Source: an uncultured Deinococcaceae bacterium (lineage in GTDB: Bacteria; Deinococcota; Deinococci; Deinococcales; Deinococcaceae). Taken from it: a stretch of DNA of 64,000 nt. The stretch spans positions 1 through 64,000 of the forward strand of contig CAXULY010000007.1 in the NCBI GenBank assembly GCA_964252075.1, read 5' to 3'. A program made the translations under genes and the position numbers. Of this stretch, positions 13,649-22,813 are shown piece by piece. A model generated the notes under the pieces. That model had not been told where the DNA came from, searched no databases, and worked only from the letters and a program-made list of their open reading frames with translations. Position 1 is the stretch's first letter, and every line of letters starts with the position of its first letter.

Positions 13649-14052
13649 CGGGCGCCCGTCGCCGCCGCTTCCGCGAGGAGCAGGGCGTCACCTTCGACTT
13701 CGCACCCATGGTGGACGTGGTGCTGCTCCTCGTCATCTTCTTCATGCTGACGAGCAACCTTGTGGCGCGCGAGCGCAGCCTCCCGCTGGACCTGCCGCGC
13801 GCCAGTCAGACGGTGCGGGACAGCCCGCAGCTGCCGACCGTGAGCGTGAACCGCGCGGGCAAGATTTTCCTGGAAGGGAACGCCGTGACGGTCACGCAAC
13901 TGGAGCAGCGCCTGAAGGCGCTGGTGGGCGCCTCGAACGGCGTGGTGGCGCTGCGCGCCGACAAGCGCGGCAATTACGGCACGGTCGTGCAGGTCATGGA
14001 CGCCATCAAGCGGGCGGGCGGCACGCGCCTCGCCCTCGGGACGGAGCAGTAA
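13645..14052 (+). CDS. exbD: ExbD/TolR family protein
   Basis: APMVDVVLLLVIFFML with the conserved TM Asp, LDLPRA and LRADK..YGTVVQVMD. Confidence 0.92.
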   Translation: MTGARRRRFREEQGVTFDFAPMVDVVLLLVIFFMLTSNLVARERSLPLDLPRASQTVRDSPQLPTVSVNRAGKIFLEGNAVTVTQLEQRLKALVGASNGVVALRADKRGNYGTVVQVMDAIKRAGGTRLALGTEQ

Positions 14053-14055
14053 GGC

Positions 14056-15900
14056 GTGAGCAGCCCCGCCCTTCCGCCGCGCGGCGGTCCGCCCGCGCCG
14101 CGCCGCAGGCCGCTGGAGGGCCCGCCGGAGCGCACGCGCGCCGTGCTGGCCGCCACCGCCCTGCACCTCGCGCTGCTGCTGGGACTGTTCCTGCTGCCCA
14201 GGCCGGGTGCTGAGCCGCAGCGCGCGGCGCCCATCAACCCGAAGGACGCGCCGCTGGAGGTCGTGACGCTGGCGCCCGAGACGCCCACACGCAGCACGCC
14301 CGTCACCCCGGCGCCCCGCGTGCGCCCGGTGCCCGCGCCCACGCCGCGGGTGCGCGTGACGCCCGCACCGACCCCAGCGCCACAGCCTGCACCCACGCCG
14401 CGCGCGCAGCCGAGGCCTGCCCCCGCGCCGCAACCCACACCGCAACCCGCACCCACCCCACGGCCCACGCCGTCCCGCCCCGCGGAGAACGGCGGCGGCT
14501 CGCGTTCGGCTTCGCCCAGCCCGCAGGCGGCGCGGCCCCAGGCGCCCGCGCCCGCGCCGCGCACCGTCTCCCCCGCCCCGAGCCCCGCGCCCGCACCGAC
14601 GCCCCCCGCGACGCCGCAGCCGGAAACACCGCGCAGCGCGCAGCCCGCGCCGAGCGCTCCCGCCGCGCAGGCGGAGACGCGGCCCGACACGCGCGACGTG
14701 ACGAACCTCCCCACGCAGGAGGAGGCCCGCACGCCCGCCGCGAGCGCCGAGGCGCAGGCCGCGCCGGAGGAGAGCCGCGCGCCCACCGTCTCCAGCCAGC
14801 CGGAGGTGGCGGAGGCGCCGCGCCGCAGCCCCGCACCCGAGGAAGCGGCGGCGCCGCGCGCAGAAACGCCGCGCCCCCAGGCCGCGCCGAGCGCGCCGGA
14901 GGACAGCCGCAGCGCCACCCTGCCGCCCTCCACGACCGACGAGGGCGGGCGCGCGGGTGCGCCCGCCGCGTCCACCACCGAGGCCGAGGGGTCCCGCGCC
15001 CCCGCCCCGGTCGCGCCGACGCCCGCCGAGCCGAGCGCCGGTCAGGAAGCCGCGCGCGGGCAGCAGGGCTCCAGTCCCGCGGAGGAGGCCGCGCCGACCG
15101 AGCGCGCGCCGTCCCGCGCGGAGACCCCGCAGTCCGGTGGAGAATCGGGCCCGGCGGGCTTCTCGCGCGACCAGGGCGACCTGCCGCCCTCCAGCGCGGA
15201 GGGCGGCCCCAGCAACAGCCGCCAGGGCAGCGCGGGCAGCGGCGTGGTGGCTGAAGCGCCGCGCAGCGCCACGCCCAGCCGGGACACCGGCACGGCGCCC
15301 GCCGCAGGCGGCGAGGCGGCCCCCACCCGCCCGCCCGGCGGGGGCGACGGCTCCGGGAGCACCGCCGCCGGGCCGGGCGAGACGGGACCCGCGCGGGCCG
15401 GTCAGGGCAGCGGGGACACCGGGACGGAAAGCGGTCGCGGTGGCGCGGGGAACGGCCAGGGCAGCGGCGGATCGGGCACCGAGGCGGGCCGGGGCGGTTC
15501 CGGCACCGGTGAAGGCACCGGCGCGGGGTCCGGCTCGGGTGCCGGCGCGGGCGAGGAAGGCACGCTGCTCGCGTGCACCGTCGCCGTGGACGTGCGCGGC
15601 CTCGGGAACTTCCAGCGCGCGCAGAGCGCGTTCATCTTCGATCAGGGCGGCAACCAGGTGTGGCCGGACGCGGAACTCGTGAAGGGCGTGTCCTCCCAGC
15701 TGGTGAACGAGGGGAACCTGCAGTCCTACGCCCGCAGCGACGCGGGCCTGGGGAGCGTGACGGTCGTGAAGGCCGTGAAGGTGCAGCCCAGCAAGTTCAG
15801 CCCGAACTCCAGCTACATCACGGACGCGACGCTCAGCGCGGGCGCCGCGCAGCAGTTCAAGGCGGTGGGACGCGCGTGTAAGGTCATCTTTATCTATTAG
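14056..15900 (+). CDS. TonB/TolA-like energy transducer with a long Pro/Ala/Gly-rich spacer and a non-canonical C-terminal domain
   Basis: Single TM helix with His (ATALHLALL) directly after exbD, roughly 450 aa of low-complexity spacer, and a folded C-terminal domain of roughly 110 aa. Confidence 0.7.
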   Translation: MSSPALPPRGGPPAPRRRPLEGPPERTRAVLAATALHLALLLGLFLLPRPGAEPQRAAPINPKDAPLEVVTLAPETPTRSTPVTPAPRVRPVPAPTPRVRVTPAPTPAPQPAPTPRAQPRPAPAPQPTPQPAPTPRPTPSRPAENGGGSRSASPSPQAARPQAPAPAPRTVSPAPSPAPAPTPPATPQPETPRSAQPAPSAPAAQAETRPDTRDVTNLPTQEEARTPAASAEAQAAPEESRAPTVSSQPEVAEAPRRSPAPEEAAAPRAETPRPQAAPSAPEDSRSATLPPSTTDEGGRAGAPAASTTEAEGSRAPAPVAPTPAEPSAGQEAARGQQGSSPAEEAAPTERAPSRAETPQSGGESGPAGFSRDQGDLPPSSAEGGPSNSRQGSAGSGVVAEAPRSATPSRDTGTAPAAGGEAAPTRPPGGGDGSGSTAAGPGETGPARAGQGSGDTGTESGRGGAGNGQGSGGSGTEAGRGGSGTGEGTGAGSGSGAGAGEEGTLLACTVAVDVRGLGNFQRAQSAFIFDQGGNQVWPDAELVKGVSSQLVNEGNLQSYARSDAGLGSVTVVKAVKVQPSKFSPNSSYITDATLSAGAAQQFKAVGRACKVIFIY

Positions 15901-15997
15901 TGAATGCGGGCAGCTCTTCTGTGAGCGGCCCTTGTCTTCTCGTCACGCCCTGATCCTGCATCAGCTGGCCGTCATCCTGAAAAGGTAGCGTGAAACC

Positions 15998-16756
15998 ATG
16001 CGGAAACTGACCGGACTTCTCCTGACCCTCGTTGTGAGCACGCCCGCCCTGGCGTGGGTGCCGAAACTCGACGACAGCACCGCGAAGGTGGTGCTGGACA
16101 GCGCCTACAACCGCGCCGCGAACCCCACACCCACCCTCCTCACCGTGGACCTGAACGTGAAGGACGGGCAGTTCGCGAGCGGCGCGGGCGCCGTCACGGC
16201 CTTCGAGGGCGGATCGCAGTGCATCAGCGACTGGACCGCGAACCCCAGTGATTACAGCCAGGGCAGCCGCCCCGTGAGCGTCACCCTGACCGGGCAGGCG
16301 GACGCGCTGTTCCTGAAGGCGCAGCAGGCGCGCGACGCCTTCAAGAACCTGAGTGTCAAGGACGCACTCACGCCCGACAAGAACGCCCTGCCGGACGGCG
16401 ACCTGAAGGTGTACGTGCAGATGGCGGGCCTGCAGAGCGACAAGCAGCGCGACGCCTACGACGTGGCGCTGCGCACCGCGTCCGCGGGCGGTGGGCAGGC
16501 GAGCGACGCCGCCGCGACGGACGGCGCGAGCGCCAGCGGCGACCAGGGCGCGAAGATCGTGCGGCCGTACAAACGCGCGTACACGAACGACTGGAAGCAG
16601 GGCAAGGACGGCCTGTGGGGCGGCACCATGGTGTACTACTTCAACGCCACCAAGAACGGCGTGCAGCCGAACAGCAAGGTGGACATCCTGATGCGCACTG
16701 AGGCGGACACCGACTGCGCGTACAGCGTCACGGCGGACCTCAGCAAGTTCAACTGA
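15998..16756 (+). CDS. hypothetical exported protein
   Basis: Signal peptide MRKLTGLLLTLVVSTPALA, strong codon bias and two Cys. TAGCGT lies 6 nt before the ATG. Confidence 0.8.
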   Translation: MRKLTGLLLTLVVSTPALAWVPKLDDSTAKVVLDSAYNRAANPTPTLLTVDLNVKDGQFASGAGAVTAFEGGSQCISDWTANPSDYSQGSRPVSVTLTGQADALFLKAQQARDAFKNLSVKDALTPDKNALPDGDLKVYVQMAGLQSDKQRDAYDVALRTASAGGGQASDAAATDGASASGDQGAKIVRPYKRAYTNDWKQGKDGLWGGTMVYYFNATKNGVQPNSKVDILMRTEADTDCAYSVTADLSKFN

Positions 16757-16766
16757 GGGCAGGTGC

Positions 16767-16798
16767 AGGGGCGGCACCTCAGTTGAGGTGCCGCCCCT
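16767..16798. terminator. hairpin between convergent genes
   Basis: AGGGGCGGCACCTCA-GT-TGAGGTGCCGCCCCT perfect inverted repeat. Confidence 0.7.
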
Positions 16799-16801
16799 CG
16801 C

Positions 16802-18736
16802 TTATGAATGTTGCGGTGTGCCGCCCAGCGCGCCGCGCACGACGTCAATCGCCTCGGGGTTCTCCAGGCTGGTGAGGTCTCCCGTGACGTCGCCCGTCAC
16901 GAGCAGGTCGCGCAGGAGGCGGCGCATGATCTTGCCGCTGCGGGTGCGCGGCACGGTCGGCACGACCACCACCCGCGCGGGCCGCGCGATGCTGCCCACG
17001 CCGCGCACGATGGCGTCCGCGAGTTCACGCTCCAGGTCCGCGCTCGCCTCGGTGCCCGCGCGCGTCACCACGAACGCGACGGGCACGCTGCCGCGCAGGT
17101 CGTCCGGCATGGCGACCACGGCGGCCTCACTCACGGCGGGGTGCGTGATGAGCGCGGCCTCCAGCTCCATGGTGCCCAGGCGGTGCCCGCTGACGTTCAT
17201 CACGTCGTCCACGCGGCCCGTCACCCACAGCTGGCCGTCCTGGTCCATCAGGGCGGCGTCCGCGCTGGCGTAGCGACCGGGGAACTCCCGGAAGTACGTG
17301 TCGAGGTAGCGCTCGCGGTCGCCCCACACGCCGCGCGCGAGGCTCGGGAAGGGCTCGGTGAGCGTCAGGTACCCGAGTTGCCCGGTGGCGACGGGCGCGC
17401 CCGTCTCGTCCACGACCGCCGCGCGGTAGCCGGGCAGCGGGTGCCCGCACGCTCCGGGCCGGGTGGCGGTGAGGCCCACCATGCTGCTCGCCCAGGCGGT
17501 GCCTGTCTCTGTCTGCCCGTAGGTGTTGTTCAGGAAGATGCGCCCGCCGCCCAGCACGCCCTGCGTCCAGTGCCACGTCTCCGGGTCGAGCGGCTCGCCC
17601 ACCAGCGACACGAGTTGCAGTCGGCTCAGGTCGCGGCCCGCGAGGAACCCCTCCCCCGCGCGGCGAAGCAGGCGCAGGGCGGTGGGCGCCGTGAAAACCT
17701 TCGTGACGCCGTAGCGCTCCATGATCGCGTAGGGGCGCGCGGGCGTGGGCGTGTCGATGCTGCCCTCGTACACCACCTGCGTCACGCCGTGCGCGAGGCC
17801 GCCCACCAGCGCGAAGATCGGGTACGTCAGCCACCCCACGTCCGCCGTGCACCAGTAGGTGTCCTCGGGGCGCAGGTTCAGGCTCCACTTCACGTTCGCG
17901 TACGCGCCAATCAGGAAACCCAGCCCGGCGTGCACGAGGCCCTTGGGTTTGGAGGTGGTGCCGGAGGTGTAAATGATGAAGCCGGGGTCGTTCGCGTCGA
18001 GCGGCACCGGGTCCGCGAGGCGGTCGGTGGCGGCCATGAGGTCCGGCCAGCGCACCTCGTCCGCCGCGAGCGGCACGTCCAGGTTCAGGCGCGGCACGAC
18101 CACCACCCGCTCGATGCTGTCCACCCCCACCCGCGCCTCATCCAGCGTGGCTTTCAGGGGCACCGTCTTGCCGCGCCGCAGGGTGCCGTCCGCGACCACC
18201 ACGACCTTCGGCTGAGCGTCCACCAGACGGTCGCGCACGGCGGACGCGCTGAAGCCCGCGAACACCACGCTGTACAGCGCCCCAATGCGGTAGCAGGCGT
18301 GGATGGCCATGAAGGCCTCGGGGATGTTCCCCAGGTAGATCGCCACGCGGTCACCCGCCTGCACGCCCTGGTCCTGCAGGGCCGCCGCGAAGCGCGCCGT
18401 CTCGCGCGTGAGCTGCCCGTAACTCCAGGTTTCGCGCGCGCCGTCCTCGCGCTCCCAGTACAGGGCGACTTTGTTCGGGTCGCGCGCCGCGTGGCGGTCC
18501 AGGCAGTTCACGCTCACGTTGCCGAGCGCGCCCGGGAAGTACCGGAAGTCGTCCAGGGTGCCTGTCAGCACGTCCTGCCAGGGGGCGTCCCACTGCAGTT
18601 CTGCGGCGATGCCCGCCCAGTATGTGGGTGGGTCCTGGGCGAGCAGGCGCGCGGCTTCCTCGGGCGTGACGGGCGCCTGGGCTTGCAGGGCGGGGGTGGG
18701 CTGGGCGAGCGGCTGGTGAAGCAGGCTGTCATCCAT
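16802..18736 (-). CDS. acetate-CoA ligase-like AMP-forming acyl-CoA synthetase
   Basis: NVSVNCLDRH, YTSGTTSKPKG, TGRVDDVMNVSGHRLGT and PRTRSGKIMRR. AGGAG RBS before ATG 18736. Confidence 0.88.
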   Translation of the reverse strand: MDDSLLHQPLAQPTPALQAQAPVTPEEAARLLAQDPPTYWAGIAAELQWDAPWQDVLTGTLDDFRYFPGALGNVSVNCLDRHAARDPNKVALYWEREDGARETWSYGQLTRETARFAAALQDQGVQAGDRVAIYLGNIPEAFMAIHACYRIGALYSVVFAGFSASAVRDRLVDAQPKVVVVADGTLRRGKTVPLKATLDEARVGVDSIERVVVVPRLNLDVPLAADEVRWPDLMAATDRLADPVPLDANDPGFIIYTSGTTSKPKGLVHAGLGFLIGAYANVKWSLNLRPEDTYWCTADVGWLTYPIFALVGGLAHGVTQVVYEGSIDTPTPARPYAIMERYGVTKVFTAPTALRLLRRAGEGFLAGRDLSRLQLVSLVGEPLDPETWHWTQGVLGGGRIFLNNTYGQTETGTAWASSMVGLTATRPGACGHPLPGYRAAVVDETGAPVATGQLGYLTLTEPFPSLARGVWGDRERYLDTYFREFPGRYASADAALMDQDGQLWVTGRVDDVMNVSGHRLGTMELEAALITHPAVSEAAVVAMPDDLRGSVPVAFVVTRAGTEASADLERELADAIVRGVGSIARPARVVVVPTVPRTRSGKIMRRLLRDLLVTGDVTGDLTSLENPEAIDVVRGALGGTPQHS

Positions 18737-18824
18737 CCGTGGGTCTCCTGTGGGCTGGTTTGCTGGTGCGGCCAGTATACGGGTGGGCGGGCGCAATCTC
18801 GCGCCCACCCACGCCGCTCGCGCT

Positions 18825-19559
18825 TCAGGCCGGGCGGTGGCGGCGCTCGCGGCGCACCAAGCGCACGAAGCGCCACAAGCGCGGCGCGCGGTTCCAGCGA
18901 CGGCGGTCCAGCCCGACGCGCCACAGCCACTCGATGCCCATGCGGCGCGTCCAGGCGGGCGCGAGGTCCGCGGTGCCCGCCAGCACGTCCAGCGTGCCGC
19001 CGATGCCCATGATGACGGGCACCTGCAGGGCACCTCGCAGGCCCTCATTGAAGAGTTCCTGGCGGGGCGCGCCCATGCCGGTCAGCAGCAGGTGCGGTTG
19101 CGCGTCGCGCACGAGCGCCGCGATCTGGGCGTCCTCGTCGGGCTTGAAGTACCCGTGGTGCGTGCCCGCCACCGTGACGCCGTAGCGCTCGCGCGCGGTC
19201 TGCGCGGCGAGTTCCGGCACGCCGGGGCGCCCGCCCAGGAAGAACACGCGCAGGCGCTCGCCGTGGCGGCGCATGAGTTCACTCGTGAGGTCGAAGCCCG
19301 GCGCGCGCGGCACCTCCTGACCCAGCATCTGCCGCGCGGCCCACACGATGCCCACGCCGTCCGCCGTGACGAGGTCCGCCTTGCGGATGGCGTCCGCGAA
19401 GGGCGCGTCCGTGCGCGCCTGCACCACGAACTCCGGGTTGAGCGTCACGACGGTGTGCGGCGTGGGGGCCTCCGCGAAGAGCCACACGCCCACGCGGTCG
19501 GCGGCCTCTTCGAGCGTCACGGGGTCCAGCGGCAGGCCGAACAGCTCCAGGCGGGTCAC
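18825..19559 (-). CDS. WecB/TagA/CpsF family glycosyltransferase
   Basis: VVTLNPE, ADGVGIVWA, HHGYF, GMGAPRQE, GIGGTLD and RMGIEWLWR. Confidence 0.92.
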   Translation of the reverse strand: MTRLELFGLPLDPVTLEEAADRVGVWLFAEAPTPHTVVTLNPEFVVQARTDAPFADAIRKADLVTADGVGIVWAARQMLGQEVPRAPGFDLTSELMRRHGERLRVFFLGGRPGVPELAAQTARERYGVTVAGTHHGYFKPDEDAQIAALVRDAQPHLLLTGMGAPRQELFNEGLRGALQVPVIMGIGGTLDVLAGTADLAPAWTRRMGIEWLWRVGLDRRRWNRAPRLWRFVRLVRRERRHRPA

Positions 19560-20293
19560 GCGCCCTGCCCGGCGGCCTGGAAGGCGAAGAGCGGCTGGCC
19601 CTGGTACGTCACGACCTCACTGAGCTGCGGCACCACGCTGGACTGCGACACCAGGGACGCCAGGGCGAGGTCCTCGTGCAGGCCCAGGCGCATGAGCATC
19701 TGGCCGCTCTCGGACTGCGCGAGCGCCTCCTGCGGGTCGGCGTACGCGCGCTGCAGGGCCTGCGCGAGGCGCACGGACTCGCCGGGCTCCACCGCCGTGA
19801 GCTTCTCGATGCGCCGCGTCAGGAACCCCGCGCACACCACGTCCTCGATGGCCTCCCCGCCGCTGAGGCCCGCACATACCAGCGTGATGCCGTCCGTCGC
19901 GAGGCGCACGGCGGTCTCCGCGACCGCACGGGCGTTGTAGAAGCTGCCGAGCAGCACGTGCCGGGGCCGCTGCTCGTCGAGGTGCAGGGCCGCGAGGGCG
20001 CGCGGGCCGTTCTCGGTGGTGAGCACGATGTCGCGCTCGAAGCGGGCCTTCAACAGTTCGTTGGGGCTCGCGCTGTAATGGAACCCTTCGGGCGGCAGGC
20101 CCTCGCGCTCTCCCGCAAGGCGCAGGTCGCGCTCCGCAGCGAAATCGCGGGCGGCGCGCAGGGACGGCGTGATCCACAGACGCTCGCGCCCCGCGAGCAG
20201 GATCGGGGCGACCGTGGTGGCGCGCAGCACGTCCACCAGCACCACCACGTCGGTTTCGCCGGTGCGTGGCAGCAGCTCCACCTTCAGGCGCAT
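19556..20293 (-). CDS. comB: 2-phosphosulfolactate phosphatase family protein
   Basis: VDVLRATT, GEREG, SP.E, LTTENG, GSFYNA and EDVVCAG motifs. Confidence 0.87.
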   Translation of the reverse strand: MRLKVELLPRTGETDVVVLVDVLRATTVAPILLAGRERLWITPSLRAARDFAAERDLRLAGEREGLPPEGFHYSASPNELLKARFERDIVLTTENGPRALAALHLDEQRPRHVLLGSFYNARAVAETAVRLATDGITLVCAGLSGGEAIEDVVCAGFLTRRIEKLTAVEPGESVRLAQALQRAYADPQEALAQSESGQMLMRLGLHEDLALASLVSQSSVVPQLSEVVTYQGQPLFAFQAAGQGA

Positions 20294-20423
20294 GTCGGGC
20301 CCTCGGTGACGATCAGGACGAAACGCAACACGGCCAGGATTGTAGCACGCGGCCTCCGCGCCCCCCGAGGCAAACGTGCCTTGTGACCCGTTTGGGTGGT
20401 GCCCGCGCCACAATACTGGCCGC

Positions 20424-21104
20424 ATGCTGCCCGCCTTCGTGGACACCCTGCCGCCCGAGGCCCAGTCGGCCCTGCGCGCCGTGACGCGCCAGGTGCGTTA
20501 CGCGCGCGGGAACGTCATCTACCGTACCGAGGAGCCCGCCGAGGTGGCGTACGCGCTGTCTGCCGGGCGGGTGCGGCTGTACCGCATCGGCGCGAGCGCG
20601 CGCGAGATCACGGTCGCGGTGCACGGCGCGGGCGAGTGGTTCGGGCTCTCGGCGCTCACGCCCGCGCGCGGCTACGGCATGTACGCCGAGGCGATGGAGG
20701 ACTGCGAGGCGTGGGCCATGCCCGGCACCGCCCTGCGTGAACTGCAGCTGCGCCACCCGACCCTCGGCGTGGCGCTGTCCGTCACGCTGTCCCGGCAGAT
20801 TCAGGACCTGCAGAACCGCCTGGGCACCCTGGTGTTCCTGGAGGTGTCGCAGCGCCTCGCGCTGGTGCTGCTGGACCTCGCGCACCACGAGGGCACCGAG
20901 CTGGATGGGGGCCTGCGGGCGCTGAAGGGCCGCATCTCGCACCAGGACCTCGCGCACCTGGTGGGCAGCACGCGCGAGACCATCACGAAGCTGCTGGGGG
21001 AATTCAAGGCGCGCGGCCTGCTGGACCTCGGGTACCGGCGCATCGTGATCATCAACGAGTCGGGCCTGCAGGCGGCGGCCCGCGAGCCCATCCACACCGC
21101 GTGA
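20424..21104 (+). CDS. Crp/Fnr family transcriptional regulator
   Basis: cNMP-binding-like domain (GEWFG) plus HTH SHQDLAHLVGSTRETITKLL. Confidence 0.92.
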   Translation: MLPAFVDTLPPEAQSALRAVTRQVRYARGNVIYRTEEPAEVAYALSAGRVRLYRIGASAREITVAVHGAGEWFGLSALTPARGYGMYAEAMEDCEAWAMPGTALRELQLRHPTLGVALSVTLSRQIQDLQNRLGTLVFLEVSQRLALVLLDLAHHEGTELDGGLRALKGRISHQDLAHLVGSTRETITKLLGEFKARGLLDLGYRRIVIINESGLQAAAREPIHTA

Positions 21105-21209
21105 GCGCATGCGGCGGCGCGCTATCCTGACCCGCGTGATGAGCCAGACGGGTCCAGCGACGTGCCCCTCCCCCGCCCCGCGCCGGGTGGCCGGATGGCG
21201 GGTGGGCGC

Positions 21210-22766
21210 GTGAAGAGCATCGCGGCGGCCTACCGCGCGGGCGAGCTGCCCGCCTTTTTTGAGCGCGCGCCCGGCGACCTGAGCGCCGCCCGAGCGGTGC
21301 GCGCCGACGTGGACCGCGCGGCCCTCACGGACGCCCTGCGCGCGTACCACCAGGACCTCGGGACGCTGGATGCGCACGTGGAGGCGCTCCTGGCACGCCT
21401 CGCGCACCCGCGCTCGCGCGCGGTCGTGACGGGCCAGCAGGCGGGCCTCCTGACGGGCCCGGCGTACAGCGTGCACAAGGGCGCGGACGCCGTGCTGCTC
21501 GCGCGACAGCTGGACGAGGAGGACAGCCCCTGCGTGGCGGTGTACTGGATCGCCAGTCAGGACCACGACGCCGAGGAGGTCGCGTCCGTCACGCTGCTGG
21601 ATTACGCGGAGACCCTGCACCATCTACGCCTGGAGCTGCCCGCCGGGCGGCCCGTGGGGTGCCTGCCCTGGCGACCCGCGTACACCGATCAGGTGCTGGC
21701 CCTGCTGGACGCCTTCGACGCGCCGCAGGCGCACAAGGCGGCGGTGCGCGCGCAGGTGCTGCGCGCCGTACGGGGCGAGCCGGGCTGGGCGGACGTGTTC
21801 GCGCGCCTCATTCACGACCTGCTGGGCCGCGCCGGGCTGCTGGTGCTGGACCCCCTGCACCCGGCGCTCGCGCGGCTCGCGGCGCCCGCCCTGCGGCGTG
21901 AACTCGCGCACCCGCTCTCCAGCTCGCAAGCCATCGAAGAGGCCGCCGCCGGGCTGGAGGGCCTGGGCTTCACGCCGCAGCTGCGCCGCCCCGCGGAGGC
22001 CACCAACGTGTTTCTGGAGGGCGAGGACGGCCAGCGGCGTCTGCTGCACTTCGACGGCCATCACTTCGAGGCGGAACGGCATTACACGCGCGAGGAACTG
22101 CTGGAGCTGCTGGAGCGCGACCCCAGCCGCCTGACGCCTGCGGCGGGCTTGCGGCCCACCGTGCAGGACACCATGCTGCCCACCGCGGCGTTCGTGGTGG
22201 GGCCGGGTGAGATCGGGTACGGCGCGCAGCTGCGGAAGGTGTACCGGCTGCACGGCCTGCGCCAGCCGCTGCTGTGGCCGCGCCTGAGCGTGACGTGGCT
22301 GGAGCCGAACGTGGCGCGCCTGCTCACGCGCCTGGACGCGAGCGCCGCCGAGGTGCAGCGGGACCCCGAGGGCTCCCTGGGGCGCGCCCTGGCGCGCGAG
22401 CGGGGGGCGGCGGCCCTCAGCGCCGGGCGCCTGGAGGCGCTGGCGTCCGAGCTGCGGGCCCTGCAGGGCGAGGTGGGCGCGCTGGACCCCACCCTGGCGG
22501 GCGCCGCGCAGCGCAGCGGGAGCCGCGTGCTGGCCCAGGTGGAGCGCCTCCAGCGCCTCGCGGAGCGCGCCCTTGCGCGCGCCGAGGACGAGCGCAGCGG
22601 GCAGCTCGCGCGGCTGCGCCTGCACCTGCTGCCGCGCGGCGTGCCGCAGGAGCGCGAGCTGAGCTTCCTGAACCTGCCGCTCAAGCACGGCGACGCCCCC
22701 CTGCGGCGCCTGCTGGCCCTCCCTGCGGGCGCGCAGGTGGAGCTGCGGGTGGACGAAGGGGTGTGA
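21210..22766 (+). CDS. bshC: bacillithiol biosynthesis cysteine-adding enzyme
   Basis: VVTGQQAGLLTGPAYSVHK, YWIASQDHD, LPTAAFVVGPGEIGY and PQERELSF. Start could be 21162, 21195 or 21210. Confidence 0.92.
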   Translation: MKSIAAAYRAGELPAFFERAPGDLSAARAVRADVDRAALTDALRAYHQDLGTLDAHVEALLARLAHPRSRAVVTGQQAGLLTGPAYSVHKGADAVLLARQLDEEDSPCVAVYWIASQDHDAEEVASVTLLDYAETLHHLRLELPAGRPVGCLPWRPAYTDQVLALLDAFDAPQAHKAAVRAQVLRAVRGEPGWADVFARLIHDLLGRAGLLVLDPLHPALARLAAPALRRELAHPLSSSQAIEEAAAGLEGLGFTPQLRRPAEATNVFLEGEDGQRRLLHFDGHHFEAERHYTREELLELLERDPSRLTPAAGLRPTVQDTMLPTAAFVVGPGEIGYGAQLRKVYRLHGLRQPLLWPRLSVTWLEPNVARLLTRLDASAAEVQRDPEGSLGRALARERGAAALSAGRLEALASELRALQGEVGALDPTLAGAAQRSGSRVLAQVERLQRLAERALARAEDERSGQLARLRLHLLPRGVPQERELSFLNLPLKHGDAPLRRLLALPAGAQVELRVDEGV

Positions 22767-22813
22767 ACCGCAGCTCAAGCGTCAGCGCAGGCGTTTTCAT
22801 CTAGAATTTCCTC

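Noticed and set aside
14280..15560. Repetitive Pro/Gly-coding DNA (also 25660-25860) as a repeat array or CRISPR
   Set aside because: Imperfect codon-level low complexity inside ORFs, with no constant repeat and spacer structure.
19556..20293. comB as evidence for coenzyme M biosynthesis
   Set aside because: No comA, comC or comDE in the window, and ComB-like phosphatases are widespread without the pathway.
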